Assembly: GCF_000315625.1 (NCBI RefSeq)
Contig: NW_005434647.1
Span: 418,936 to 482,935, forward strand
DNA length: 64,000 nucleotides
Origin: Guillardia theta CCMP2712
Lineage: Eukaryota; Protista; Cryptophyta
Reading direction: 5' to 3'
Positions 47,601-63,650 of this stretch are shown piece after piece. Every line of letters starts with the position of its first letter. The stretch's first letter is position 1. A program made the position numbers and the translations under genes. The notes under the pieces were generated by a model. The model made no database searches. It was not told the DNA's origin and saw nothing but the letters and a program-made list of their open reading frames with translations.

Positions 47601-49563
47601 GTAGCAGCCGAACAGGGGCACCTGGACGTGCTGCAGGAGATCGTCAACGTGGCAGGCACTAAGATCCTCCTGCAGAGGAACGCCAAGGGCTGGACCTGCC
47701 TCCACCTAGCTGCCCAGCAGGGGCACCTGGAGGTTGTGAGGTTTCTCGTCGAGCAGGGAGGGCATCGACTGTTTCGCTCCAAGGACGGGACAGGACGGAC
47801 GTGCCTACACTGGGCGTCGAAGTTTTCTCGCAAGTCGTCGCAGAAGTCTGTGCTGCAGCTGCTGAGGGAGCTGCCCGAGCTGAGGCTGGAGGACCCTGAC
47901 AACCAGTCGCGCAACTGCATGCACCTTGCGGCCCGCTATGGCTGCGAGGAGAACCTCGAGTACATCTGCAGGGAGGGAGGGGCAAGCCTGCTCACGGAAG
48001 ACATTTACGGTTTTTCCCCTCTCCACCTGGCGTGCCTGTCGGGCGTCCGTGAGTGTGTGAAGCTGCTGTGCGAGATCGGAGGGACAGAGCTGCTGTGGAG
48101 GAAGAGCAGGCAAGGAACCATCGCCTTCCACTTCAGCTGCGCCAACGGGAGGAGGTGCTGCTGTTTAGTGCCTTCCCTGTGTCCCTCCCTCACCTCCATG
48201 CAGGAAAATCACCGAAGACCTTCTCAACTTGGGAGGAAACGAACTCATCAATGCTCGCAGCTCTGACGGCAGGACGCCAATCTTCTATGCTGCGATGAAT
48301 GGACACACCCGAGAGGTCCTCTCTCCTCTCTCCTCCCTCCTCCCTCCTCCCTCCATCTCCACTCTCACCCCCCCCCCCGTCCTCTCTCCGTCCTCCTTCC
48401 TAACCGTACCNNNNNNNNNNNNNNNNNNNNNNNNNNNNNNNNNNNNNNNNNNNNNNNNNNNNNNNNNNNNNNNNNNNNNNNNNNNNNNNNNNNNNNNNNN
48501 NNNNNNNNNNCAAAACAGAGGGCTCGTCGCGGAGTAACACCCCTCCTCCCCCCCCCCCCCTTTTCCATTCCCCCCCCCCCCCCCCCCCCGTCTCTCTCCG
48601 TCCTCCTTTCCAAACGTCCAGTTGACCTCCTCTCCATCCCAGAGACCAGCCCCATCCCACCTCACTGCATCCTACCGCACCACTCCTCCCCACTACACTT
48701 CGTTTTCCCCTCCTCTCCCCTCTTCTCCTCTCTCATCTCCTCGTTTGCAGGTGGAGCTGCTCTGCAACGTTGGAGGAGCGGCCATTCTCGAAGCCAAGGA
48801 CGACGAGGGCTGGAATGTGCTGCACTGGCTGACGGAGGGGAAGATGGGGGAGGCAGAGGCGGAGGACTGGAACACGCGGGTCAACCTGGCCAACAAGAAG
48901 GAGTGCGCGAGCTTTCTCTGCCGGGCGTCTCCTGCTCTCCTCTGGGAGCGAGAGCCACTGGAAGGGCGCACGTGCATGCACCTTGCATGCGCCAGCGGCC
49001 ACCTGGACATGGTTGCCCTCCTGTTTGCAGAGGCAGGCAGGCCGATGCTGCTGGAGCGAGACATCAAGGGCAGGACATGCCTGCACTCGGCAGCGTGGGA
49101 AGACAAGCTTGAGGTGATCCGATACCTGTGGGACATCGGAGGAGAGGACTTGCTCTTTCTCACGGACGAGACGGGGATGACCTGTGCCCACTACGCGGTG
49201 CTGAACAGCAGGAGGAACTCCGACGAGACTGACGAGTTGGAGGCGGAGACGGATGGTCTGGAAGGCAATCATGCGGAGAATGACGAGGCGGGACAAGCGA
49301 GTTCAGAAGACGAGGAAGAGAAGGACAAGAGAGCTGAGGAAGGCTTCTCGCTGCTGGATGCTACGATGAGCGTCAGCCTTCAATCCTCAATGATACATGC
49401 TGCTGCAGAGACGGAAGTGCTCCGTTTCCTGCTCAGCGTGGGCAAGCGAAAGCTGCTGGAGATGAAAGACAACGAAGGCAACACCGTGCTGGACATCGCG
49501 ATAGCTAATGACCTGGGCGACTGCCAGGACATCATCGAGAAAGCGTTCAAGCGTAACACGTAG
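44671..49563 (+). CDS. RIIa/Dpy-30-like + EF-hand pair + R-S-E mono-ADP-ribosyltransferase + ankyrin-repeat protein
   Basis: YFVQHNIRILFEDLSLQLAMNRPADPCLYI; EF-hand loops DLDKNGRVSKDE and DANQDNSIDIDD; ART motifs ALRLYT/GPMY, KVYRG, FM/STT and SQYPEENEVL; more than 10 ankyrin repeats (GFTALATASLNGH, GWTCLHLAAQQGH). Spans an N gap inside an intron. Confidence 0.85.
48411..48510. other. Assembly gap (100 N)
   Basis: Run of N. Confidence 1.
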
Positions 49564-49699
49564 AGTAAAGGATAAGAGGGAGAGGAGGACGTCAAGGAAG
49601 GGACAGAGGTGGAGGAGTGTGGAGGAGCGCAAAGAGATGATGTATGTATGAATAAAGTTCAGATGTCTATAGGAGTCTTGTAGGGAGCCATGCCCTTTG

Positions 49700-50871
49700 T
49701 TAGCCTTGTCAAGTTCAGCTTCTCCTGTAGTATCTGTTTCCATACTTCCGAGTCCTCTCCCAAATTCTGCATGCCGGGGATGTCACAGGTCGAGAGAAGG
49801 TTGAAGATCGGGAACGGCAAGGAATAGCATCTACCTCAGTCTGCTTCCTGCACCATAGCTCGTTCAGTCGCTTCCTCGTCTCCTCCAACTCATTCGCATT
49901 CAGAGTTCGGTGCCGCAACGTTCTCGCTGCATCCCTGCCGGCACTCCATGAGATCATCGGCATCATTGACAGCAGCACTGGCTCACCTGATCCTCTTAGA
50001 GCACACAGAGCACGTGCAGTCGTCTCGATGCATGAGCATGGTTGGCGTCCATTCGTAGTGCTCCCTCCTCTCCTGCCAGAACGCGGTCACCTTTCAGCAT
50101 CATCCATAAGGCTACGCACTTCAATGGTGAGGACGCTCTTCCTTACGATCTGCACCTTTCCCTCCCTCTTCTCATAGACGGCTTCGTTCTTTTTCCTTTC
50201 TCGTCTTCCTGCACTCAATGATCTTGCCATCTTGAGCTGTTGTAGCTGGACCATTCTCAGCGCTCTTTGCCTCAAGTTGCAAGATTGTCAGTTCACCTCA
50301 ATGCTGAGCGATTCTTTCTGAGAGTCGGCATAAAGCGCCTTCACGCTGGCTTCTCGCTCTTGAAACCACCTTGCAACAACAGCTGCTGTGTCCTCACTCT
50401 CAGCCCTCTTAATGTCCCTTCGCCCCCCTGAGTATTTGTAGTTGAGCAATCATATTTCTGCTCCCTCCTAGTGTCACCTGACTCTTTCCATTCATATTTC
50501 TTGGTAGCAGGACTAATCTTCTTGCTGCCCGAGGTCCCCGCAAACGATCGTACGCCCGAATACACCGATTGTGCTCCATCGTCTCCAAGCCCAAGTCCAA
50601 GATTAGCGAACAAAGACCCCAGGCCAAGGTCTAGCCTGTGAGATATTCCTCACTGAATGACGCCAGCATCTGAGTCTTCCCCTCTCTCTCTCTCTCTGCT
50701 CTTCTCCCGGCTCTCTCCCTCCCCTCCCGGCGAGCTTCGGAGTCCTCCCCCTTCCCCTCCCCCTCCCCCTCTCCCTCTCCTCAGTCTTTCCCCCGCTCAG
50801 CCTCTCCCAGCCTGCTCTCTTCGTCATCCAACTGATCAGTCCCTCACTTACCTGCTCTCGTCAACAGCCAT
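49700..50871 (-). CDS. Multi-exon hypothetical basic protein
   Basis: MAVDES/gtaagt start; exons LGLGLGDDGAQSVYSGVRSFAG..., LRMVQLQQLKMARS...LTIEVRSLMDDAER and HRDDCTCSVC with GT-AG borders. 3' end uncertain. Confidence 0.45.
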
Positions 50872-52859
50872 GATCACCGGAGGGCAGCGCGGTCAAATTG
50901 ATCGGTCTGCTGTAACGGTTTGTTGTGACCGTTGAAGGATGCCTGGTGCTCTCGTAACTGTCAGGGATTTCATCAAACCGTAGTAATACCCCCACTCCCC
51001 CGCTTCTCTTTCCTAGCTGCCCTCAGGTACACAACGACTTCAATTTTAGGTCATCGAGGGGGGTGGGGGCTCAGTTCGGACTCCACGGGTTAATTTCACA
51101 TGTTGACGTCCTCGGAGGGGGTGGGTAGGGTGCTGTCGTGCCGAGGAGGTACGGGTAGAAAACTAAAAAGGAAAAAAAAGTACACTTTCAGTGCTCGGGT
51201 ACTAGTACCCCTATTTCCGACGAGAGAAAAGGGGGTGAAACATCAAAAACAACCAGGGCGGTAGTCAAGGGGTACATCCCAACCCTTTACACTTCCACCC
51301 CCAAAAATGAGATATAATATTTTAAACTATTTTATACATGTAGATAGTACAGGCTGCATTTATGTATAAAACTATTGTAAACGTTTAGATCGGGGGGCAA
51401 GATAAAATCTGGTTGTAATGATTTGAACGTGACCCAGTTGTTTTTCAAAATGGACAATCCCAATTCCGAACCAGGGCCGAACCATTAATTTTATATCATT
51501 TTAAATACTTTTAGTTGCGCATAATATGGTGCAAAATCAGGTAGATGTTTTTTTTAATTGAAAGGGGGTGGTAAGAAAACTGAACAAGTGAGGAATGTCT
51601 GGGGTGGGTGCTGCAAATTCTGGGGTACTGGAAATGAATTCCTTTTGTGTACCACTAGGAGTTCACCATGCAAGTTTTTCCTATATAAATACCTATGATT
51701 ATTCTCATCTACACTAATTAGCATAGAAAAGTTATGAATTGAATGCAATCAGACGGGGTGGGTAGCAGAGGGTTCAGAGGAGCCAGTGGTGTTGGGGTAC
51801 CATTTTGGACGATCGGGTAGGGTAGGTCGGCAGAAGCAGAGCGGACGAATCATGGTGAGGCTTTGAAGAGACGCGTAAGGATAACTGATGCGAGGAGGAG
51901 GGGGGGGGAAAGTGAACAAGGAGGTAAACAATGTATTGACGAGAAGCGACATCCCTGCAACATGATATGAAGTGTTGAATTGACCAAACATTGGAAAAGC
52001 AATGGTGGGGACAGACAGGTGGCAAGAGGCAGCAGGAAATGTTCGTATCCATTGTGAAATCGAGGAATGCACAAAGGGAAGTAGATGAGAGAGAAATTGA
52101 CGCATACAGACGTGCAATTGTAGAAGGCAATGACAGGATGCATGGGTATAGATTCCAATTGCATCCCAACGGTCATAAAGAATTGGGGGAGGGGGGGGGG
52201 GGGGAGCGGGTTGCGGAGTTCGGTTGTTCAGACGATGGAGTTGGGAAGAGATTAGTAAGCCTTTGCTGCATTTTGCATTGCAAACCAATCATCCTCCGTA
52301 TTGTGATGGAGATGCGCGATCTCTTTTGCTGGCATGTCTAAATTGTTGGCACCTGTCTGCCGTTCCTGTGCCACCTGTCCTTCCTGCGCTCTTGTCACTG
52401 CTTGTGGCTTGTGTCGGGGTCTGATAAGCTCTCGACTTGTTACAGAGCTACGCATCTGTTCAGCAGTTTGCTCACCAGGAGGCTGCTAAGGCCATGGCGA
52501 GGCGCACCGAATGGGATTTTCAGACCATGGTGAGGGAGTTGATTTGGCAACACTTTCTTTATCTAACATGGGCAAATTGCAGCTGAAGCACATGCCTTCT
52601 TGTGCAAAGAGTGGAGCATTTGGTTGTGGTGGCCGTGACTACAGCAGTGATTATGGACACGTGCACCAGGTTTGAAATCACTTCCAGTCCCTTGTTGCAT
52701 GCCTAAATATTATGTCAGGGTCACGCGGTAGTGTTCATCTGAGCCTAAGTTTAGAGTTGCCATGTATAGTATGTGTATTCAAGCACGCTCCTGTGCAAAC
52801 TTAGGAACATTTAACCACAGCTGGAACGAAATTAAAACTGTTTCTTTGTCTCTTCCTTC

Positions 52860-54700
52860 CCCAATCACGTTCTCAACCTGACTGATGAAAATGGAAAAAA
52901 ACCATTCCTGTCTTGCAGGAATTGGACTCACTTCTTCTTCGGTTTGCTTGCTTTCTTATTCCACCATTCAGTATCTTCCTCTTCTTCTCCCTGCAGTGTT
53001 CATTCCGAGTGAGTGCAGTAGCTATGAAATGTGAGAATCGGCACCTGCTGCTGTTGAGGGGCAGGTCGCTTCTTTCCCGGCTGCAGAGCTCGCTCTGATG
53101 AACAAGAGTGAGCCGGAACAAACGCAGCAGGGATTCTCCCACCTTGCCATTCACTTTTCATAAGCTTCACTGGACGATTTCCGACATATTTCCCTACAGG
53201 CGAATCAGGTATTCAGAAAACAAATTCTTCCTTCACCTTGCATCTCCTTCATCGCTCTCGTAAAATCTGCAGGATCCGCGAATGACACGAATCCGTAACC
53301 CTGAAATTTCTTAGTTTAGTCTGCTAAGCCAACGGGTTCTGCAATCCAGCATCATCAACCTTCGACTTGCTTGTACGGCCATCGCGCACAACCTTTGCCT
53401 TTTGAAACGATGAATACTTTCCGAAACTTCTTGCCAGGGTCGAGTCATCGACCTAGCAGTCAAAAATCTTTTTCATTCAATTTCCAGGCACAGCATCTCG
53501 TACCTCATTTCCGAGATTCCCGCAGAACATTCGATAGTCATCCTTCGGCCACTCCAAAAGCGACGCGTCCGACCATTTCTTACCTCCCGCCGACCTCATG
53601 ATTGTGTCCGGTATTCCTGGTTGACATCATTTCAGCTCCGCCACATGTCGTTCCATCTCAAACCAGGCATCTTTGAGTTAGCGCCTCCTGAGATGGCGGG
53701 CGGAGCAATGGAGGAGCCATATGTCTGGAAGAGATTAGCTCCACAGGTCTGAGCTACACCAACAGGTCCTGCGCACCTGGAATGAATTTGGCGCAGGATT
53801 CGCTTGATAACTGAGATTCAAGCTCTGAAAGGGATCTCAAAAGGATCGCAAGGCATCAAGTGAAGCGACGCACCGGTTGGAAGAGCGTTGTCACGCCCGA
53901 CGATCGAGAAGCAACAGTGGGCATCAGCTCATCGTCGTAGTTCTTGACAGGTGCTGCTGCATACTGGATCCTGAGTAGGGAAGTTGTTATCCTGGATGTG
54001 GAATCAAAAAGAACCCCTCACTTTGGCTTCTTTGCAGTTGTGGTCTCAGATCCTCCGGGTTTTGCTAAACTGCGAGTGAGAAGGTTGCAAGCATGTTCTC
54101 AATGCGCACACCTGAGGACGAGCTCGTCTCAGCTGGTTTCTGAGATTCTAAGGATTCAATCTCCTAATGAAGAAGTGAGTCTCTCATGTGGAAACTCGGG
54201 TCCTACCTTCTCAAACAGGGCAAGCTCGTCGTCCAGGTGGTCACCCATCTAGCAAGGGGAAACGAGTGAGGAGAAGAATGATTGGTATAGATAATGTGAA
54301 AAGCCTGGTCCCTCTCAATGTGCCAATCAACCTATTCTCATCATTGAATATCCGATTGCTGTCTCAGAAATTCCAAAAACCAATCAGATCCTGCTCATCA
54401 CACTACCTGGAAATGAACTTCAAAGTTGATTGCGATGTGTGCAATCTGAACTGAGAATTCTGATAAGATTTATCCATCAAATCTCTGATCCGTTCTACCT
54501 TGATTTGAACACATCATCATCTATACTGCAACCTTGCCCTTCTTACGCTTCACAGTAGAGCTTCTGGCATGTCTCTAGTATCATACAACTATCCTCATGG
54601 CAGCATGTGCGTCCCTTGGCTCTCACTCCCCACCCTCGCCCCACTCGCTCGTCCTGCTCGCTCGCTTCTGCGACATTCGAGCGATCTTGATGCCCCTCAT
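52860..54700 (-). CDS. Probable multi-exon hypothetical gene
   Basis: Repeated minus-strand splice signals and short open frames; no recognisable domain; boundaries approximate. Confidence 0.3.
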
Positions 54701-54719
54701 ACAGGCAGTAAGCTGAGTT

Positions 54720-55290
54720 GCTCAGGGCAGGCCCGGCCCGCGCCGCCGGCGGGCAGTCCGAGTCCGACGGCGCGGCCGCTCCGAGGCTCGGCCCGGAGCC
54801 CGGGCCGCGCCCCGGGCCCGGCACTGGCATGATCCGAGTGAGTCACATCCGACAGGCCCATGATCTCATAATTTGGCATCGGAACTTTGCAGCTTGCCCC
54901 GCACGGTCACTGGCGAGTCTCGGGCGGCTGCGCCCGGGCGGCGGCCGCCCGGCGGCCCGGCGCTGCCCGGCCCCGGCGGGCCGCGGGTGACTCGCCCTCA
55001 GCCTGGCACTGCACTGGGGCTTCGGACCTACTAGCTGAGGCTAACTTCCGGGCGATTCTGGGCCCGGGGGCCCGCCGGCTGACGGTTGATCCGCTGAGTC
55101 CGCGGCGCCGGGCGCCGCGGATAACCTTTTTACTCAAAGTTAAGTTAAAAATCAGTACGAGGACAATCAGGAGGATCGATAACCCGGCAACCGCAAACAC
55201 CGTCGGTAGGCGTCACTTTGATTCCCGGACCTCGGAGCGGCAGTTCACAAAAACAAAAAAGAGCCGGGAGGTCGGCCCAGCCCGGCAAGC
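54720..55290. promoter_or_regulatory. GC-rich palindrome-dense island 5
   Basis: Same vocabulary as the other islands; contains an intact dispersed element. Confidence 0.5.
55131..55179 (+). repeat. Dispersed ~50-bp element, apparently intact copy
   Basis: tactcaaagttaagttaaaaatcagtacgaggacaatcaggaggatcga; the first 30 nt are identical to 26373-26402. Confidence 0.9.
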
Positions 55291-55327
55291 TCAATGCCAA
55301 GTTGAGCGGAAGTAAAAGAAAGGGCGA

Positions 55328-55400
55328 CACCTGACCTGGGACTTGAACCCAGAACCTTTGGATTAGAAGTCCAACGCGCTGTCCATTGCGCCAGCCAAGC
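55328..55400 (-). tRNA. tRNA-Arg-TCT: tRNA-Arg(TCT), intronless
   Basis: GCTTGGC TGGCGCAATGGACAGCGC G TTGGA CT TCT AA TCCAA AGGTT CTGGG TTCAAGT CCCAG GTCAGGT G forms a cloverleaf with A and B boxes and a downstream T-run. Confidence 0.95.
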
Positions 55401-55680
55401 CCAAGCCCGTACCGATCGTGCAACAAGAGAGTATATATAGACTGTACTGAGGGGGTAGGGTAGGGAGTTTCTTGTATACATGGGTGGGGTGATTGAAAAT
55501 GAGGTGGTAGGGGTAGAAGCAAAATTACCAATTTCAGTGAGGGTGAGCACGATGGGGTGGTATGTGACAAGGGTGCAGATTTGGTGAGGGGGTAGTAGCT
55601 GAGGTGTGGAGGGTGGCCGGACGAGTGAACGGGAAGGGACAAAGGAAGCAGGGGGAGGAGAGGAGAGGCAGGAAGCAAGG

Positions 55681-55995
55681 ATGGACTCTATGGGCATCTA
55701 CTTCCCTACTTGCAATGGCATCGAGGTGATAATGATCCTGCTCCTCTCCTCGCTGCAGCCTGAAACATGTGTCTGCAGATGGTCATGGACTTTATGGGAC
55801 AGGTTTGCAATGGCCGTGGCCGGAGGTAATAGTTTGACGTTTGCAATGCAGCAAATCGCGGAGGAAGTGGCAGAGATGAATTCGATGGCAGCGCAACAGT
55901 CTGTTCATCCTCAGCTGGTGAGAGGTTCAGCTTATTGAAGGTTTCAGCTGAATTCTTGTAGGCGCCTATCCCCGTCCATGCAGGGGTTGAGGTAG
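55681..55995 (+). CDS. Possible small multi-exon protein (~55 aa)
   Basis: MDSMGIYFPTCNGIE/MVMDFMGQ/QIAEEVAEMNSMAAQQSVHPQL/APIPSMQGLR*, with three short phase-0 GT-AG introns. Confidence 0.35.
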
Positions 55996-56626
55996 TAAGT
56001 CTTAAGCGATAGGGGCAAGATGTTCTGATATCCTGCGAGTAGATCGCTCCTGGAACTCAGACAGTCCGAGCATCACCTAGTCAAGCCCTCCTTTGCCTGC
56101 ATGCCTGTATCTTCGGTGCCGTCTCTGCAACAAGCCAGTTGAATGATACGGTGAAGACAAAGTGCAGTCAGGTCAAGAAACTGAAATGTTCGATGTCTAG
56201 AACTCGGCATCAGACTCTCTTGCCGAGTGGCAAGCAAATTTTTCCAAGCACAGTCAGGTATCCGTCTTAGCGGGTGTGCTGTCTTGATGTTGATCGCCTC
56301 ATGGCAGGAGGCGGCGTCCAGCATGAGCCCGCTCAGCGCTTACTTCTTATCGCGCTTCATGTTCCCCTCTGTGATGTGCAGTTCCTCTCTTTGCTCCCCT
56401 TGACCAACTTGCAGAGGGAGAAGTCCGCGATTCTGCCTGAGAACCTCGAACAAGGACCCTCGTCAACCACCATCCGTCATACGACAGCTTCATCTCAACT
56501 CTGAGAGCTGACTCAAAGGACACAATCTACGACAACTTCCCTAGCATGCTTTAATGCTCTTGCGAGTAAACGACGTCAGGGGTACAAGTCGGCAGAGTCA
56601 CAAAACCCTCGCGCCATGCTCAGCGC

Positions 56627-59487
<2,861 letters not shown>

Positions 59488-59529
59488 TTCAGCACGCACG
59501 TGGCTTCATCCGTTGTCGCTCTTAAGTGT

Positions 59530-60310
59530 GTGATGTAACGGCCGGGCTCGGGGCCCCCGGGCCCCGGCCGGGCCGCGCGCCGGGCACCGCCGTTCTGGCA
59601 ACGCCCGGCCGTCACGTGACTCAGGCTTTGTGACGACGGTCCGACCGCCCGGCCCGGCAGCCCGTCTGAGTGATCCGGGCCTCCCGCCGCTGCCGGGCGG
59701 CCGCACGGCACCGTCAGCATCATGATGGCACCGCCGATGCCTTAGTCAGACGGTCGGGCGGCCCGCCGGGACTCCCTCGCGGACGGTGACCGTACGGTCG
59801 GACGCCGGTCGAACCGTGTCCAATCGAACCGCGGCGTCAGACCGTAGTGGTGACCGCCGAGGGTCCGACACTGCGGAGTGAGCGGCTGACTCGGTCCGGC
59901 GACCACACCGGGTGCCGGGCACCGGGCCGCAGTGACTCGCCTAAGTGACCCGGTGGGTCGGGGAGCCTCGGAGTTCCGGACTCGGATCGTCACGCTCGGA
60001 GCCGGCCCCGGGCGGCCGGGCCGCGGCCCGGCCGGGCCTTCTGATGGATCGGATCGTATGCCAGCCCTTAGCAAGACGCCGCTAGCCTAGTAGGACTGAG
60101 GCCTCCTGAGTCAAGTCACTGAGTATTTCGGAGGCTCAGACTGAGCCGCGAGTCAATCCAGCGGAAGCCTCTCAGGTGACCGGCGGCGGCCCTGACTCTG
60201 TGGCTGGTCCGGCCCGGGCCGACGATCGGCCCGCCAGTCACAAGGCCGCCGGGCCGCGCTCGCGGCCCGGCCCGGCTGCTGCCCGGCGGGCCTGAGCCTA
60301 TTCTGGTCTA
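59530..60310. promoter_or_regulatory. GC-rich palindrome-dense island 6, upstream of KARS
   Basis: Same vocabulary, e.g. gaccgtacggtc, gtcacgtgac, tgactcgg, ccgggccgg. Confidence 0.5.
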
Positions 60311-60363
60311 CCTTCATCCGCGGTACACCTAACGGTTCAAGCAACGAAATGCTCTACCATCAA

Positions 60364-60408
60364 GGGAGGGAGGGAGGGAGGGAGGGAGGGAGGGAGGGAG
60401 GGAGGGAG
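60364..60408. repeat. (GGGA)n tetranucleotide repeat, G-quadruplex-capable
   Basis: Directly visible. Confidence 0.95.
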
Positions 60409-61124
60409 TGCATGAAATGAGATTAGATTGGAGGGGATGGAGGGAAGTTGAGGAGAAGGAAATCTAGTGCAAGTGCAGGAACTGATCCCAGTGGATTGAT
60501 TGGGTGATGGACCAACCTTTCCGCTCTTGAATCTGCTGTGGTGTTTCCAATTTTCATGATTGCGTACAGGAAATGGCAGCTGCTGAAGCTCGCACAGAGC
60601 TCAGGAACACGTTCAGACCTCCACTGCCTCAAGGTGGGCAAGTTGAGCAGGCAAGCAGATCACTGCGATCCATTCCCAGGTGAACCGACTAGGATGAGAT
60701 GCAAGTTGGTTTTTAACAAGTGTACGAAGGGACATGAACATCTACAAGAAGGCAAAACCACAGAAACTACCAGCCATTGAGGTGTTGGCACCAATTTTAC
60801 TATCCAACCATCACTGCCTGATTGGTCTGAGCTTACGTACTCTACTCATTCAGGGACAAAACGCTTGCTCGTTTGGGATCCTGCAAAAGTACTACACGAT
60901 AAATCCGAATGCTCCGGTATCGGGTGCATCTGTTGGATGCAGCTCTTGATGTTCTAGTGCAGATCGACTGGAGGAATGGTCTTGACATGAGAACTTTGTA
61001 CCCTGCGCAGGAACTTAAGCCCGACAGGAGATGCTGACTGTCACTGACTTGTGGGGTGCAGAGTGCCGACTATTTGCGTCCTCGGGCTTGGAACACGTGA
61101 GGACTGATGTGGCACGTTGGCTGA

Positions 61125-61692
61125 ATGTCGACTTTACACCTTCTTCCCAGCTTTGAAACCAACGAGCACTGTGTCCGCCCCTACTACGAGGTGACCAGCG
61201 AGAGAAAGTCGGTGCTGGTTTGACATGTGTCGTCAGGGTGCCTTGAAAGAGCAGCTGCGCCATGGTACGGGAAAATGTGCATTCAGGTATGATACCAGAC
61301 GCTGTGCAGGAGTTGAGCTGAGATGTCCCTTGTTCGCCTTCCAGAAATCGCTACTTCAACTACGAAGGGGAATGGGGTGGAGGGCTATTCCATGGTCATG
61401 GCAGGGTGGGGCTCGATGTGCGGGACAAGTGATGAAGTCTGACTCTTGACCTTGAAGCTGATGATCGGGGATGGATTCTATGAAGGAGAGTTTGTGAATG
61501 GAGAGATCAGTGGCTCGGGGGTCAGGTACTTCACCTTCATGGTAAGCAGATGGAACAAGGTGGCTGATGGATGCTGCAGACAGTGGGCGGATGGGAGTAC
61601 ATACACGGGTCAATTCTTGAACGGAGAACACCATGGGCAGGTTAACGTTTGTTTCTTGTTTTGTGTGAGAAAATAGTTGAATTGCTGCTGCT

Positions 61693-61766
<74 letters not shown>

Positions 61767-63522
61767 CTGGTGTTGTTTGTGGTGGTGGTGGTGGTGGTGG
61801 TGGTGCAATCCACGAACGTCAAGTTTATATGACGATTTCTTGAACTTAGGGGCTCTTCTTGCATTCCAATGGCGATCGCTACGAAGGAGGATTCCTCAAC
61901 AATCAGGTAGGGAGATGTAAAGTTATCCTCCCCACACAATGAGACGCGTGAAACAGCGATCCGGACATGGCGTGCTTGTGCTGGCCGACGGTGCTTCAAC
62001 TATAAGCGCGATGCTTCTTTGCGCAAATGAAGTGACTGGCAGGCTCTCGGTACGAGGGAAACTTCGAGGAGCACAGGTGCTGCATGGCCGTATCGCCGCG
62101 GAGATGCTGAGGCTGCAGGAAGGTTGAACGGAACGGGGACTATGGAGCACAGCAACGGCGACCGTTACGAGGGTAATGGAAGTTGAAGGCTTTGTGAGGA
62201 GAAGTGAGAGTTCGATCGTGACATCAGGCGATTGGTGTAACGGTAATCGAGACGGTCATGGGGTCTACACGTACGGCAACGGTGACAGCTACAAGGTCGG
62301 AGGCCATGCGGGAGCGCGAGGGACTGAAGAGCATGGCAGGGAAGATTTGCGAGGAACTTGCGGTCAGGACCAGGAGTCTTCTTCCACCATGAAAGGTGTG
62401 GCGACGAAATGTTAGAAGAGAGGCCGTGACTGAGAAGCTTCAGCGGCATGAGCTACAATTGCGACTGGTCCAATAACATCCCAACCATCTTGCCGGCCAA
62501 GTTGCGAGGTGCGTGCATGGCTCTGCGAAGTTGAGGAGGCGGCAAGGGTTCTGGTTTTTCACGAAATGGTCAGCGGAAACAAGCGAGAGGCTGGAGTTCG
62601 AGGCGGCAAGGAAGGAGAAGATAGCCCAGGAGCCTCAATCCTCTGAGGCGCAAGAAGGGGATCAAGAAGCTGAAGGAAGTGAGGAGAAAGGAAACGAGGA
62701 AGAGGCGGAAGCTCCACAAGGACCGAAACCTCTTGCTGAGCTCCTCTCGCAGGATTTTGCCGCTGGTCACAGTCCCATGTACGCTGTTCACGTCTCCTCA
62801 CACATTTCAGGGAGCGAGATTCCCCGCATGGTGATTCAAGTATGCTCAGAGGATGGCACAGCACAGACCGGAGAGTCAGGTACTAGAAACTCATCCGAAT
62901 TGCAGAGCTGATCGAGTGCCAAGGACGGCTCCTCGAAGTTACTTTCGGTGTCTTCGAGCGGGAAGAGGAGGAAGGTAAGCAGGAGGAGCAACTTCTCGTG
63001 GACTTTGGTGATGAGAATATGCCGCAGAGGCTGGGAAGGAGGGCGAGGCAGAAGCGGAGGCTGCCGACGAGGTTCAGGCAGACAAGGGTAAGTTCAAGAG
63101 ATATCCCAGCAAGGCCTATCCTCTGCAACAAGAGGCCGCTTCGAATGCGGAGAAAGACAAGGAAGGGGCCGAAGAGTCTGCAGCAGGTGAACAGCTGAGA
63201 AGAGCAACGCAGAGCTCATCCTTTTGATGGCAGAGAGATCTCGTCCTTACCCTCCGACGTTTGTCATCGGAGGGATCAAGATGGCCGACGGGGTTGCAGT
63301 CCTGGAGGGCTTGAAGTTGCCCCGGGAGGTGGAAGGTCGATCAACCCAAAGTGACGCTCTTGGATGTGCATGACATGCTCGACAGCGGGGGCCTATCGCC
63401 TTCGGATCGGTTGTGTGTACCAGAATTGTTTCCAAGACGTTGAGGTATGGCGCAGCTGCTCTGTTTGCAGAGGGTGTGTAACAACTTGACAGGCCTTGTA
63501 TCTTCTTTTCAATGTGAGCTAG
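61125..63522 (+). CDS. MORN1: MORN1-like protein
   Basis: YYE/GALKEQLRHGTG...YFNYEGEW...FYEGEFVNGEISGSG, then further MORN repeats and a GESG/RLLEV motif resembling the ESGR segment of MORN1. Start may lie further upstream. Confidence 0.7.
61695..61805. repeat. Intronic (TGTTGC)n and (GGT)n repeats
   Basis: Directly visible. Confidence 0.95.
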
Positions 63523-63650
63523 CATAATTGTAAGAGTAGGAGAAATAAAAAATGAGAACAGAATCAACTTAAAGTCCTCGATCACACCTCAAAATCGTGA
63601 AGCTACTCACTCTCAACGAAGTCCACAATATGGGCAGGAAAATTCAGTCG

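Noticed and set aside
45228-47920. Long minus-strand ORFs (221, 375 and 358 aa) opposite the ART-ankyrin gene
   Set aside because: They are antisense shadows caused by GC3-rich codon usage and show no motifs.
51780-52750. Possible plus-strand multi-exon gene
   Set aside because: Splice signals are present, but I could not assemble a consistent frame or recognise a domain.
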